A stretch of DNA of 64,000 nucleotides, taken from contig CAJUSS010000003.1 of NCBI GenBank assembly GCA_910588895.1, forward strand, positions 1,050-65,049, written 5' to 3'. The stretch's first letter is position 1, and every line of letters starts with the position of its first letter. A program made the translations under genes and the position numbers. Under the pieces are notes generated by a model. The model did not search any database, was not told the origin of the DNA, and saw only the letters and a list, made by a program, of their open reading frames with translations. Positions 47,257-57,445 of the stretch are shown piece by piece. This stretch comes from an uncultured Lachnospiraceae bacterium (GTDB lineage Bacteria; Bacillota; Clostridia; Lachnospirales; Lachnospiraceae).

Positions 47257-48993
47257 TTAAGCACCCACCTCCTCACGCTCTCTCTGGGAATAGTAGATCT
47301 CCTGGTACGCCTCACAGCCTGCCAGCAGCTCCTCATGGGAGCCCACCGCCCCGATCCTCCCATCCTCTAACAAGATGATCTGGTCCGCCTCCTCCACAGA
47401 GCCGATCCGTTGGGCGATGATAAATTTCGTGGTATCTTTTAAGGTGGTCTTAAAGCATTCCCGGATCTTTGCTTCTGTGGCCGTGTCTACCGCGCTGGTG
47501 CTGTCATCTAAGATCAAGATCTTCGGCTTTTTTAAGAGAGCTCTTGCGATGCAGAGACGCTGCTTCTGGCCGCCGGATACATTGGATCCGCCCTGGCCCA
47601 TCTCCGTATCATATTTCTCGGGGAAGGCCGTGATAAAGCCGTCGGCCTGGGCGTCATCGGCGGTCCGGCGGATCTCCTCCATGGATGCCTCCTCATCGCC
47701 CCAGCGCAGGTTCTCTAAGATCGTGCCGGAAAAAAGGACATTTTTCTGGAGCACCATGCCTACGCCGTTGCGCAGGGCCTTTAGGGAATAGTCCCGCACG
47801 TCCACGCCGTCCACCAGGATCTGTCCTCCGGTCACATCGTAGAGCCGTGGGATCAGCTGCACCAGCGAGGTCTTTCCGCTGCCGGTAGCGCCGATGATGC
47901 CGATCGTCTGTCCCGGCTCTGCTGTAAAGCTTAAGTGCTCCAGCACCAGGCTTTCCATACTCCCATGGTAAGAAAAGCTCACATCCTTAAATTCCACGCG
48001 CCCTTTCTGTACCTTTGCCGACGGACATTTTGCGTCCTCGTCGGTCAGGTCGATCTTCACATCCAGGACCTCGTTGACCCGCTTCACGCAGGCCATGGCT
48101 CTGGAGCTCTGCAAGAATACCATGGAGAGCATCATCAGGGACATGAGGATCTGGACGATGTAGGTCGTGAAGGCGGTCAGGTCGCCCACCTGCATCTGGC
48201 CGCCTATGATGATATTGCCTCCATACCACACCACGGCCAGGGTGGTCACGTTCATGGCCAGGGTCATCACGGGCATGGTGATGATGACCACGTTCAATGC
48301 CTTGAGCCCTGCCTGCTTTAAGCCGTCGTTGGCTTTTTTAAACCGCTCCGCTTCATAGTCCTCCCGGACAAAGGATCTGACCACCCGCACGTTCACCAGG
48401 GCCTCCTGGATCTTATTGTTCAGGTTGTCGATCGTCTGCTGCATCATCTGGAACCTAGGATATGCCGTCGTTAAGATCGCGGCGATCGCCAGGGCCAAGA
48501 GCGGGATCACCACTAAGATCACAAGGGCCAGCCGGGCGTTCATGAGAAAGGCCATGATCAAAGCCCCCACCAGCATCCCCGGCGCCCGAAACAGCATGCG
48601 CAGCGCCATCATCATCACGTTCTGGATCTGCTGGATATCATTGGTGAGCCTGGTCACCAGGGAACCGGTGGAAAACTCGTCGATATTTTGAAAAGAAAAC
48701 TTCTGCACCTTGGCGAACAGATCCTGGCGCAGGTCGCTGGTAAAGCAGATCGAAGCCCTTGCGCTGAAATAGGCCCCTCCGATCCCGCCTAAAGCCATCA
48801 CGATAGTGGTCACCACCATGGCCGCGCCCATCATGAGGATGTATGGCTTATCTCCGGTCGCCACCCCATGGTTGATGATCATCGACATCATCTTGGGGAG
48901 CATGATCTCGCCGCCCACCTCCGTGAGCATCAAGAGCGGCCCCAGGATGAAGGCGCTCAAGTATGGGCGGATATATTTTTTGTACCGCTTCAT
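47257..48993 (-). CDS. Heterodimeric ABC exporter subunit (degenerate Walker B/switch)
   Basis: TMD plus GATGSGKT, VSGGQ, LDDST, AQR. Confidence 0.93.
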   Translation of the reverse strand: MKRYKKYIRPYLSAFILGPLLMLTEVGGEIMLPKMMSMIINHGVATGDKPYILMMGAAMVVTTIVMALGGIGGAYFSARASICFTSDLRQDLFAKVQKFSFQNIDEFSTGSLVTRLTNDIQQIQNVMMMALRMLFRAPGMLVGALIMAFLMNARLALVILVVIPLLALAIAAILTTAYPRFQMMQQTIDNLNNKIQEALVNVRVVRSFVREDYEAERFKKANDGLKQAGLKALNVVIITMPVMTLAMNVTTLAVVWYGGNIIIGGQMQVGDLTAFTTYIVQILMSLMMLSMVFLQSSRAMACVKRVNEVLDVKIDLTDEDAKCPSAKVQKGRVEFKDVSFSYHGSMESLVLEHLSFTAEPGQTIGIIGATGSGKTSLVQLIPRLYDVTGGQILVDGVDVRDYSLKALRNGVGMVLQKNVLFSGTILENLRWGDEEASMEEIRRTADDAQADGFITAFPEKYDTEMGQGGSNVSGGQKQRLCIARALLKKPKILILDDSTSAVDTATEAKIRECFKTTLKDTTKFIIAQRIGSVEEADQIILLEDGRIGAVGSHEELLAGCEAYQEIYYSQREREEVGA

Positions 48994-49538
48994 ATGGATC
49001 CCTCACTTTCTCTGTCTCTCACCGGACAGGCCGGCTGGTCGGCCGTCCCTCCCCATAAGGGTTCCAGGCAGATCCTCCTGCCATCCTTTTTTGACATCCG
49101 CTCGATGTTCTGGCAGATCCTGTCAAAAAGCTGTTCCAGCTGCCGGAAATCCTCTTCTTCAAATCCGTCGAACATCTCCTCCTCGGTCCGCTTCAGGATC
49201 TTATGGCTCTGGCGTACGATCTGCTGGCCCTTCTCCGTGATCTTGATCCGATTATAGCGGTTGTCCGCTCCATCCACCGTCCGCCGGATATAGCCTGCCC
49301 GTTCCAGCTTTTTTAAGGCCACCGCGATGGTGGCTGTGGAGACCTCCAGCATCCCGGCGATATCCTTCTGGGATGCATCCGGGTGGCGATGGATGTGCAT
49401 GAGGATCTGGTGCTGTCCCTGATAGATCCCCGTCTCCTTGACCCGACTGCTGACCACAGACCTCTGCATCCTTGTGAGACGGATAAAATGCGTCATCGCC
49501 TGATGGTTGGGACCGACAGGCTCATAGCAGTCTTCCAT
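48990..49538 (-). CDS. MarR-family regulator
   Basis: SQKDIA..VSTATI...LERAGYIRR..DNR..ITEKG. Confidence 0.9.
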   Translation of the reverse strand: MEDCYEPVGPNHQAMTHFIRLTRMQRSVVSSRVKETGIYQGQHQILMHIHRHPDASQKDIAGMLEVSTATIAVALKKLERAGYIRRTVDGADNRYNRIKITEKGQQIVRQSHKILKRTEEEMFDGFEEEDFRQLEQLFDRICQNIERMSKKDGRRICLEPLWGGTADQPACPVRDRESEGSI

Positions 49539-49612
49539 AGGTTGTTCCCTCCTTTTGCTCTTTAGCCGCTGCTTTTCACATCTTCCAAAAAGCAATGCGA
49601 AGCCAGCCAGAT

Positions 49613-49686
49613 AGTTATGTGGCTGACTGTTAACTAGCTAACTTATTTTCAAGTGGTATTATAAGGGAAAAGGGAAAAATGTGCAA
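49613..49686 (-). promoter_or_regulatory. MarR operon promoter and tandem operator candidates
   Basis: TTGCAC-N17-TATAAT (49686-49658); imperfect AGTTA-N6-TAACT-like palindromes at 49613-49628 and 49628-49643. Confidence 0.65.
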
Positions 49687-49855
49687 GAGGGGAAACTGTG
49701 AAATATCTGTGAACGCTCTTGTTATAACATAAAATCTCATAAGGCGCTTTGCTCCCTTTTATCTTCATCTAGAAGTTCGATAAGATCCTTCTGTCCAGCC
49801 CCCACAGACATATTACTGTCCTTAAAAATAGAGTTTACTATCCCTATCGCGATCC

Positions 49856-51214
49856 CTACACCAGCTCCCCCATCTCCCCAAATGCCGATCGGTCCATCCT
49901 TTCCTTCAGCTCCCTCCGGATCTGCCCCAGGTCTGCCCGCACCAGCTTTTTATCGGCCACCAGCTGCTGACCGGCCACGAAAACATCCTTCACATTGGAA
50001 CTGCCCGCACTGTAGACCAGCGCGGAGTAGGGATCGTAGATGGGGAACATATTGACGGAATCCGTCTCTACCAGAACGATATCGGCCTCTTTTCCCGGCT
50101 CGATGGAGCCGGTGACGTGATCCAGCCCCAAGGCCCTCGCGCCTCCTATGGTGGCCATGGCGACGATCTCCCTGGCCGGGAAAAGGCTGCGGTCCCGGTT
50201 CTCATTCTTATGGAAATTCGCACAAAAACGCATCTGCGTGAACAGGTCCAGGGTATTGCCGCTGGCCGGTCCATCTGTCCCCAGACCTACGGGGACCTTC
50301 CGGTCTAAAAGGCGTGGAACAGGGGCGACTCCCTTGGCCGCTTTTGTATTGGATGCGATGCAATGCGAGACCTTGCCCCCTCTTTTCTGGAAAAGCTGGA
50401 TATCGTCTTCCGTCAGCTGGATACAGTGGGCCGCCAGGGTCTCCGGCCCCAGGACACCCAGCCGGTCTAAAAACCGGATCGGTGTGTATCCATAGCTTTC
50501 CCGGAGCGCCGCCATCTCATAATCCATCTCGGCTGTGTGCAGAGAAAAGGGCTGACCGTACCGCCGGTCGATCTCATAGGCTCGCTGCAGGGTCTTTGGA
50601 CTGCAGGTGGTGGTGCCGTGGGGGGCCAGGCAGCAGGACACCCTTGGATGGTCCAGATAGCGTCTTATGGCCGCTTCCCCGTAGGCAAGGGCATCCTCCA
50701 CGCGATCCAGGTCACATGCGCCCTCTTCCATCACCGTCTGCCCCGCGATCCCCCGGATCCCCATCTCATCCATCACCTGGGCGATCTTTTCTTCGAAATA
50801 GTACATGTCTAATACGGTGGTCACACCGGCTGACAGGAGCTCGCATATGGCATACCGGCTGGAGGCCACAGCCATCTCCTCATCCATAGCCTTTTGCTCC
50901 ATGGGGAGGAGGAACACCCGGAGACGGTCCTTGCAGTCATCGCCCAGACTGCGAAAGGGCACCATCCCCAGATGGCAATGGGTGTTCACCATACCAGGCA
51001 TCACGATCGCCCGGCCTGCATCCAGGACACGGATCTTATCCGGTCCGTCCGTCTGGTCCGTTCTGTCTGCCCTATCTGCCCGGTCCGTCTCAAGCTCTTC
51101 CATGGGGCCCGCCTGCAAGATCTTGCTTTCTTCAAACAGCACATATCCCTTGGGATACATGGTCCTGCCCCGATCCATGGTCAGCACGATCCCGTTCGTG
51201 ATCAATGTCTTCAT
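49856..51214 (-). CDS. Amidohydrolase, MtaD/guanine-deaminase-like nucleobase or nucleoside deaminase
   Basis: NTHCH, HTAE (HxxE), AHC, GTDG, GSIEPGKEAD. Confidence 0.85.
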   Translation of the reverse strand: MKTLITNGIVLTMDRGRTMYPKGYVLFEESKILQAGPMEELETDRADRADRTDQTDGPDKIRVLDAGRAIVMPGMVNTHCHLGMVPFRSLGDDCKDRLRVFLLPMEQKAMDEEMAVASSRYAICELLSAGVTTVLDMYYFEEKIAQVMDEMGIRGIAGQTVMEEGACDLDRVEDALAYGEAAIRRYLDHPRVSCCLAPHGTTTCSPKTLQRAYEIDRRYGQPFSLHTAEMDYEMAALRESYGYTPIRFLDRLGVLGPETLAAHCIQLTEDDIQLFQKRGGKVSHCIASNTKAAKGVAPVPRLLDRKVPVGLGTDGPASGNTLDLFTQMRFCANFHKNENRDRSLFPAREIVAMATIGGARALGLDHVTGSIEPGKEADIVLVETDSVNMFPIYDPYSALVYSAGSSNVKDVFVAGQQLVADKKLVRADLGQIRRELKERMDRSAFGEMGELV

Positions 51215-51322
51215 GATAAAATACTCCTTATTGAAAAAACATGCCTTAAAGCTGCAAAGGCTGCCCCAGGCTGCGGCTTATATCCGGCTATCCTGTGGCA
51301 GCATCTGCTCTCGGCCTCCAGC

Positions 51323-53179
51323 TTATCGATAGGCTTCGATCAGCGGGATCCTTTCCTGACTCTCCACATCCAAAAGGCCATGATCCGTCAGCTTTAAAGC
51401 CGGAGAGACCGGCAGGGCCACGGTACCCATGGACATGATCGCATTATTGTTTACATAGCCAAGCTCCCGAAAGACCTGCCGTACCCGGCCCAGATCGTCG
51501 GCCAGCTCGTTTAAGGGGGCATCACAGATGATCCCGCCTACCGGCAGCCGGGCTTCTGCCACGGGCCTGCCCTCCTTTGCCGCCACAAAACCACCTTCCA
51601 GCTCCACCACCCGGTTCTGGGCGGCTACCATATCCTGGATGGAATTTCCCAGGACCAGCAGGTTATGACTGTCATGACACCAGGTGGTAGCGGCAGCTCC
51701 CTTTTTCTGAAAAGCGCCTTCTACCAGCCCATAGGCGATGTTCCCGTTCTTTCCATGGCGTTCAAAAAGGACCGCCAGGCAGAGCCCGGCTTCCTGCCAG
51801 CAGACCTGTCCGTCCCTTACAGCCAGCTCCCTCTGCACACGCTGGGTGGCCGTCCCAAAGGTGCTGAGCTTCATCACATTGACCAGGACCTTGGTGCAGG
51901 GCTTTTCCACTTTTATCCGGAAGTCGGATGGCTGTGCTTTCTTGCAATGTACGGAATGATAAAAATGCGGCGGGAACAGCCGCTCCTTCGGGGCACCCGG
52001 GCTGTCCGACCTGATCGGGCTGTCCGATCCGTGCAGGCTGCCTGACCCGCTCAAGCTGCCCGCTCCGGCCGTCTCATGCACCAGCCTGCCGTCCTTAAAT
52101 ACCGCAGCCGGGCGGAAGCCCTCCAAGTCCTTAAGCAGCACAAAGTCCGCCTTTTTCCCCGGCCCGATCATCCCCCGGTCATCCAGATGCATCCGCCTGG
52201 CCGGTGTGTAGGTGGCACAGTAGATCGCCTTCTCCACAGGCATCCCGGCCTCTACCGCGATCCGGACGATCCGGTCCAGCTGCCCCTCCAGCAGATGGTC
52301 CGGCATGGTGTCGTCGGTGACCAGGGCCACATTTTCATACAACCCATGGCTGCACACCGCCTCCACCACCTCTTTGGTCAGGGACTTGGCCTGCAGCTCC
52401 AAAAACATCCCCAGATCCGATTTTTCCAGCACCGAATCCGCCGTCTGCTGAGTGTGATCGGCATCGATCCCGGCATAGATGAACCGATTTAAGTCCTTTC
52501 CTGTGATCTTAGGGCAATGTCCTTCGATCCGCACATCCCGCCCTCTTTCTTCACCGCATATGCGGATCATCTGCTGGATCTGGGTCTCGTCCCCGGTACG
52601 CCCACCTTCCCGGACCACCTCCTGGAAGTTCATCACCTCGCCCAGGCATAGAACGCGGTCATCTTTTAATAGCTCCCTGACCTCCTCCGTGCCGATAGCG
52701 GCGCCTGCTGTCTCCAGCTCCATGCTGGTGGCCGGGACACTGGAGGGGATCGCGTAAAAGATATCCAGGGGCGTCTTTTGGTCCATAAAAGCCCGGATCC
52801 CCTCTATGCCGAACACATTGGCGATCTCATGGGAATCCGCCACCACGGTGGTGGTCCCGGCCTTTAAGGCAAAATAAGAAAACTCCTTTGGATAGGTCAT
52901 GGAGCTCTCGATGTGCATATGGATATCCACCAGGCCGGGGATCAGGTACATCCCGCTGCCGTCAACGACCGTCGGACCGTCTCTCTTTGGCGCTCCTGCG
53001 CCGCCCTCTCCGTTCTCCCGTTCTCCATCATGCTCCCCATCTCTCTCTCCATCTGCTAAAAAGATCTTGGGGGAAACCTCCAAGATCTTGTCGCCCAGGA
53101 CTGCCACATCCCGCTCTGCAAAGCATTGGCGGAAGGTTAAGTAGACCTGCGCGTTTCGTATGATATAGTCTGCTCTCAT
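51323..53179 (-). CDS. ade: Adenine-deaminase-family protein (variant DHT motif)
   Basis: DIHMHIESSM, GEVMN, EGHCP, TDD, HDSHN, LPVGG. Confidence 0.85.
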   Translation of the reverse strand: MRADYIIRNAQVYLTFRQCFAERDVAVLGDKILEVSPKIFLADGERDGEHDGERENGEGGAGAPKRDGPTVVDGSGMYLIPGLVDIHMHIESSMTYPKEFSYFALKAGTTTVVADSHEIANVFGIEGIRAFMDQKTPLDIFYAIPSSVPATSMELETAGAAIGTEEVRELLKDDRVLCLGEVMNFQEVVREGGRTGDETQIQQMIRICGEERGRDVRIEGHCPKITGKDLNRFIYAGIDADHTQQTADSVLEKSDLGMFLELQAKSLTKEVVEAVCSHGLYENVALVTDDTMPDHLLEGQLDRIVRIAVEAGMPVEKAIYCATYTPARRMHLDDRGMIGPGKKADFVLLKDLEGFRPAAVFKDGRLVHETAGAGSLSGSGSLHGSDSPIRSDSPGAPKERLFPPHFYHSVHCKKAQPSDFRIKVEKPCTKVLVNVMKLSTFGTATQRVQRELAVRDGQVCWQEAGLCLAVLFERHGKNGNIAYGLVEGAFQKKGAAATTWCHDSHNLLVLGNSIQDMVAAQNRVVELEGGFVAAKEGRPVAEARLPVGGIICDAPLNELADDLGRVRQVFRELGYVNNNAIMSMGTVALPVSPALKLTDHGLLDVESQERIPLIEAYR

Positions 53180-53192
53180 CTCGACTCCTTAT

Positions 53193-53241
53193 AAAAAAGT
53201 CGCCGCAGCAAAAGGTGCATCTTTTTCTGCGGCGGCTTTTT
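53193..53241. terminator. Terminator-like hairpin between SBP and deaminase genes
   Basis: AAAAAGTCGCCGCAG...CTGCGGCGGCTTTTT. Confidence 0.65.
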
Positions 53242-53252
53242 CCTACATCCGA

Positions 53253-54371
53253 TCAGTTATTGATGGTACGGTTCCACTGGTCGATCCAGCTGTCCAGCAC
53301 CCCGTTGACAAAGCCATAATCCAAGGACTTGGCATTTGCCGCCACATCCCCATAGGTCATGCTGGAAGCTTCTTCTTCCGTGAAGACTACATTTTTGTTG
53401 GTAGGGCCTTCATTTAATGCCTTGCCGGTCTTGGTCTGGAGCCCTTCGCTGATCCGGTAATCCAGATACGCATAGGCCAGATCCAGATCCTGGCAGTTCT
53501 TTGTGATGCTGATCAGGTTGAAGTTCGCATAGGTCCCCTCCGGGCTGAAATAGACCAGATCCGGGTTTGCCGCCAGGATCGTGGGCACGCCGAAATCGCC
53601 TACCAGCGCTACCGCCACCTCGCCGGAGGTGAACATGTTGATCAGATCCGCGGACTTGGCATAGGATTTTACCAGGTTGGGCTTTAGCTCGGCCAGCGCC
53701 TGGAACGCCGCTTCACCCTGGTCGCTCGTCACATCTACCCCTGCGTGGTCGCTGGCCATGTAGACCATCGCCGGGCCGAAGGTGGTGGTGATATCCGGGA
53801 TCGCGACCATCCCTTCCAGAGAGGGATCCCACAGATCGTCATAGCTCTTGATCTCGATATCCACAGCAGCCGGATCATAGATGATGCCGATGCTGTTGAT
53901 CGTATAGGCCACGCCCTGTCCATCCTCTGCCATCGCCTTTGCCACATCGATCAGATCAGAAGCATTTTCCAATCTGCTCATATCGATATCAGTGAACAGG
54001 CCTTCCTCGAAACCCTTAGCCGTCATGGCCTGGGACAGCTCGATCACATCGATCGAGGACTGGCTGTCTGCCGCAAGCTTTGTATAACGATCGTTGGTCC
54101 CGCCTACATCGGTCACGATCTCGCAGTTATATTCCTCCTCAAAAGGTGTGTAGACCTCTTCTTCTGAGATATCTGCGCTCAGACCATAGGTGGATAAGAC
54201 CAGGGTCTTGGTCTCTCCCGCCCCATCGCCTGCGTCCTGGGCCGCTGCCGCCGTAGTATCCGCGCCTGCCGCCTCACTGCCAGCCCCGTCACCTGCATCC
54301 TTCGCTGCTCCTCCACAGGCGGTCATCAACATCGCCATGCAGAGCACACTCGCCAATACGTTTTTTCTCAT
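53253..54371 (-). CDS. PotD-like ABC substrate-binding lipoprotein
   Basis: Lipobox MTAC; SYDDLWDP, PEG, WNR end. Confidence 0.88.
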   Translation of the reverse strand: MRKNVLASVLCMAMLMTACGGAAKDAGDGAGSEAAGADTTAAAAQDAGDGAGETKTLVLSTYGLSADISEEEVYTPFEEEYNCEIVTDVGGTNDRYTKLAADSQSSIDVIELSQAMTAKGFEEGLFTDIDMSRLENASDLIDVAKAMAEDGQGVAYTINSIGIIYDPAAVDIEIKSYDDLWDPSLEGMVAIPDITTTFGPAMVYMASDHAGVDVTSDQGEAAFQALAELKPNLVKSYAKSADLINMFTSGEVAVALVGDFGVPTILAANPDLVYFSPEGTYANFNLISITKNCQDLDLAYAYLDYRISEGLQTKTGKALNEGPTNKNVVFTEEEASSMTYGDVAANAKSLDYGFVNGVLDSWIDQWNRTINN

Positions 54372-54579
54372 GCTCGTCTCCTTTTCCTTCCTATCCTTTT
54401 AGGAAGTCCATCTTCTTTGTTTTGCCGCTATCTACAGCTTTGCCGTCCATAGCGTATCTATACACACAAGATGCGGTCTGACCGCATCCCGGCGCTGCAA
54501 CCCGCAAGGCACACTTCCCCGTCACACAGGTCTGCCAGTACCAGGCAAACGGGCAGAGATACTTTGCAGGATACAGCCA

Positions 54580-55665
54580 TCATGACAGGCCGCTCCCCTG
54601 CGTCTTAAGCTGCTGCTCCTGTTTTTGCACCAGCACCAGCTTGTCCTCCGGCAGATACAGCCGGACCGTATCCCCTTCCTGGAACACATGCTCTGTATCC
54701 ATGTTCACCTTTAAGGCACCGGCGGCGGTCTCCACCTCATATTGGTAGCTCTTCCCCAGGAAGGTGCGCACACCTACCACACCGGAGATCACATTATCCT
54801 TCTGGCCCCGCCCTGCCAGGCGGATATCATCGGGCCGGATGGTCCCCACAAAGGGCTCCCCGCCCCAATCCATATCCACGCAGAAGCTGCTCCCGTCCGG
54901 AGCCTTGAAGATATGCTCCGCTCCGCGGCTGGGGCGCAGATCCAGGAAATTCTCGAATCCGATGAACCGGGCCACAAACTCTGTGGCCGGGCGCTTATAG
55001 ATACTTTCCGGGGTGTCGTACTGCTCGATCACGCCCTGATCCATGATCGCCACCTTGTCAGAGATGGAAAAACACTCCTCCTGGTCATGGGTGACGAACA
55101 AAGTGGTGATCCCCAGCTTTTTCTGGAGCCGCTTGATCTCCACCCGCATGCTGATGCGCAGCTTCGCATCCAGGTTGCTCAAGGGTTCATCTAAGAGCAG
55201 CAGCTTCGGCTCGATCACCAGCGCCCTTGCCAAAGCCACTCTCTGACGCTGGCCGCCGGACATCTCCTTGGGGAACCGCTCCGCCAGCTCCGCCAGACCG
55301 CACACCTCTAAGATCGCCTTGACCTTCTGATCGATCACATCCTTGGCCATCTTCCTGGTCCGCAGGCCGAAGGCTACATTGTCATATACGCTCAGATGAG
55401 GGAACAGGGCATAGCTCTGGAACACGATCCCGAAATTCCGCTTGTGGACCGGGACCTTGGTCAGGTCCTCCCCTTCCAGGGTGAACGTACCGCTCTGGGG
55501 CTCGATGAAGCCCGCCACCACCCGGAGGGTCGTGGTCTTTCCACAGCCGCTGGGACCTAAGAGGGAGACCAGCTCTCCCTTTTCCACGGCCAGGTCCAGG
55601 CCCTTTAAGATCTGTTTCTTCTTATCATAACTCACATCGATCTGGTCTAATGTCATAAATGCCAT
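54580..55665 (-). CDS. PotA-like ABC ATPase with TOBE domain
   Basis: GPSGCGKTT, VFQSYALFPH, MSGGQ, DEPLSNLD. Confidence 0.93.
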   Translation of the reverse strand: MAFMTLDQIDVSYDKKKQILKGLDLAVEKGELVSLLGPSGCGKTTTLRVVAGFIEPQSGTFTLEGEDLTKVPVHKRNFGIVFQSYALFPHLSVYDNVAFGLRTRKMAKDVIDQKVKAILEVCGLAELAERFPKEMSGGQRQRVALARALVIEPKLLLLDEPLSNLDAKLRISMRVEIKRLQKKLGITTLFVTHDQEECFSISDKVAIMDQGVIEQYDTPESIYKRPATEFVARFIGFENFLDLRPSRGAEHIFKAPDGSSFCVDMDWGGEPFVGTIRPDDIRLAGRGQKDNVISGVVGVRTFLGKSYQYEVETAAGALKVNMDTEHVFQEGDTVRLYLPEDKLVLVQKQEQQLKTQGSGLS

Positions 55666-55678
55666 CTCTGATCTCCTC

Positions 55679-56461
55679 CTATCCTGCTAAGGAAGCGACC
55701 CCCAGGGTCTTATCCACGATCACCATGATCACCACGGTAGCTGCCATCAGCAGCACAGAGACCGCCGAGACCGTAGGATCGTAACTGTATTCAATGTAAT
55801 TCATCAGCGTCGCCGGAAAGGTGCTGACCCCCGGCCCTGTAAGGAACATGGACACCGGGATGTTGTTAAAGGAATTGATAAAGGCCAGCATGAACGCCGA
55901 GGAGATACCGGAGGTCACATTGGGGAGGACCACCTTAAAAAAGGCTTTGCCCTTAGGACAGCCCAGACTCCAGGCTGCCTCCTCCACCGACACATCGAGC
56001 TGCTCCATAGCAGAACCCACCACCCGGATCACATAGGGCAGGGTCACCATAAAATGACCTGCCAGAAGGCTTGCAAATACCGGGATCCGAAAGGTCAGGA
56101 TCAAAAACTGGTACAGGATGAAGCCCACCACGATCCCCGGCACGATAGTAGGGGACAGGAACACCGACCTTAGGAGCTGCTTCCCCTTCATACCGGAACG
56201 GGCCAGGGCATAGGCCGCCGGCACGCCTACCAGCAGCGCGATCAGCGTAGCTAAGAGGGCGATCTCCAAGCTGGTCAAAAAAGAGCTCCGAAAGGACTTC
56301 GTGGTAAATACATTGGCGAACCATTTTAAGGAGACGGAATCGATCGGGAAGGTGATCGCGCTCCCGCCGCCAAAAGCCGTCACCGTGATGATCGCCAGAG
56401 GGATCATCAAAAACGCGAACACGACCACTGCATACGCGGTCAGCCATTTATTCTTCTTCAT
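55679..56461 (-). CDS. PotC-like ABC permease
   Basis: EEAAWSLG EAA loop, 6 TM. Confidence 0.9.
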   Translation of the reverse strand: MKKNKWLTAYAVVVFAFLMIPLAIITVTAFGGGSAITFPIDSVSLKWFANVFTTKSFRSSFLTSLEIALLATLIALLVGVPAAYALARSGMKGKQLLRSVFLSPTIVPGIVVGFILYQFLILTFRIPVFASLLAGHFMVTLPYVIRVVGSAMEQLDVSVEEAAWSLGCPKGKAFFKVVLPNVTSGISSAFMLAFINSFNNIPVSMFLTGPGVSTFPATLMNYIEYSYDPTVSAVSVLLMAATVVIMVIVDKTLGVASLAG

Positions 56462-57288
56462 CGGGCCTCACCTCTCCTATCCAGCCTCGCCGCCAGCGCA
56501 TTGAAGCCTTTGATCACTATCAGGGTCACTACGATCATGATGAGCGCCACCACGGAAGCGCCGCTCCAGTCGCCCATGGACATAGCTCGCTGATAGATCA
56601 GGGTAGCTAAGACCATATTGCTGTTCCCTCCCAGGAGCTGAGGTGTGGTGTAGGCGGTGAGCGTTCCGGTGAACACCAAGATCCCGCCCACGATGATGCC
56701 TGGGAGGCTCATGGGAAAGATGACCTTCATAAATGCCGAAAGGCGGCTGGCGCCTAAGCTCTGGGCAGCCTCCATCATATCATCATCGATATTTTCCATA
56801 ACTCCGGTCACGGTCACGATCATCAGAGGAAGGAATAAATACACCGAGCCGATGACGATCGCAAGATCCGTGTAAAGGAGCTTTTTCGGCTTGCTCACCA
56901 GCCCTATGGCTAAAAAGAGCTTGTTGATGATGCCGCTGCTCCCTAAGATATTGATCCAGGCAAAGCTGCGGATAACGGAATTGGTCATCATGGGAAAAAT
57001 CGAAGCGGCTAAGAGAAGGCCCCGGATACGTTTATCGCACCGACTGATAAAATATGCCGTAGGGATCCCCCCCAGCATACAGACAGCCGTGGTGATGACC
57101 GCGATCTTGACCGTCCGCATAAAGATCTTCAGATAGTACTCATCCTGAAAAAATCGGATGTAGGCACTGAACGGATAGTCGCCGGTCACAAAAGTGGGAA
57201 AGAGCACTCTGCAGAGAGGCAGGGCCAGACAGATCAAAAGGATGAGCAGGCCGGGAGCCAGCATCATCCAGGTAACGCTCTTTTTCAT
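56458..57288 (-). CDS. PotB-like ABC permease
   Basis: RSFAW, EAAQSLGA, TPQLLGG. Confidence 0.9.
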   Translation of the reverse strand: MKKSVTWMMLAPGLLILLICLALPLCRVLFPTFVTGDYPFSAYIRFFQDEYYLKIFMRTVKIAVITTAVCMLGGIPTAYFISRCDKRIRGLLLAASIFPMMTNSVIRSFAWINILGSSGIINKLFLAIGLVSKPKKLLYTDLAIVIGSVYLFLPLMIVTVTGVMENIDDDMMEAAQSLGASRLSAFMKVIFPMSLPGIIVGGILVFTGTLTAYTTPQLLGGNSNMVLATLIYQRAMSMGDWSGASVVALIMIVVTLIVIKGFNALAARLDRRGEAR

Positions 57289-57365
57289 AGGTTCCTCCTT
57301 ATCACAGCTTTATCGAGCGAAGACCCTCGCAGGTCATAAGATAGAGCTCAAAGATCAGTGAGAGC

Positions 57366-57416
57366 ACCGTTTTACACATCGGTTTATATTATAAGCAGAG
57401 TCTGGGGATTTTGCAA
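57366..57416 (-). promoter_or_regulatory. Promoter and operator candidate of the ABC/deaminase operon
   Basis: TTGCAA-N17-TATAAT (57416-57388); ACCG-N10-CGGT palindrome (57366-57383) at the start site. Confidence 0.7.
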
Positions 57417-57445
57417 GTATTTTCACATAGGAGATGACAGTTGCT

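Noticed and set aside
47257..48993. Degenerate ABC motifs (LDD, AQR) as a novelty
   Set aside because: Standard feature of heterodimeric exporters of the TM287/288 type.
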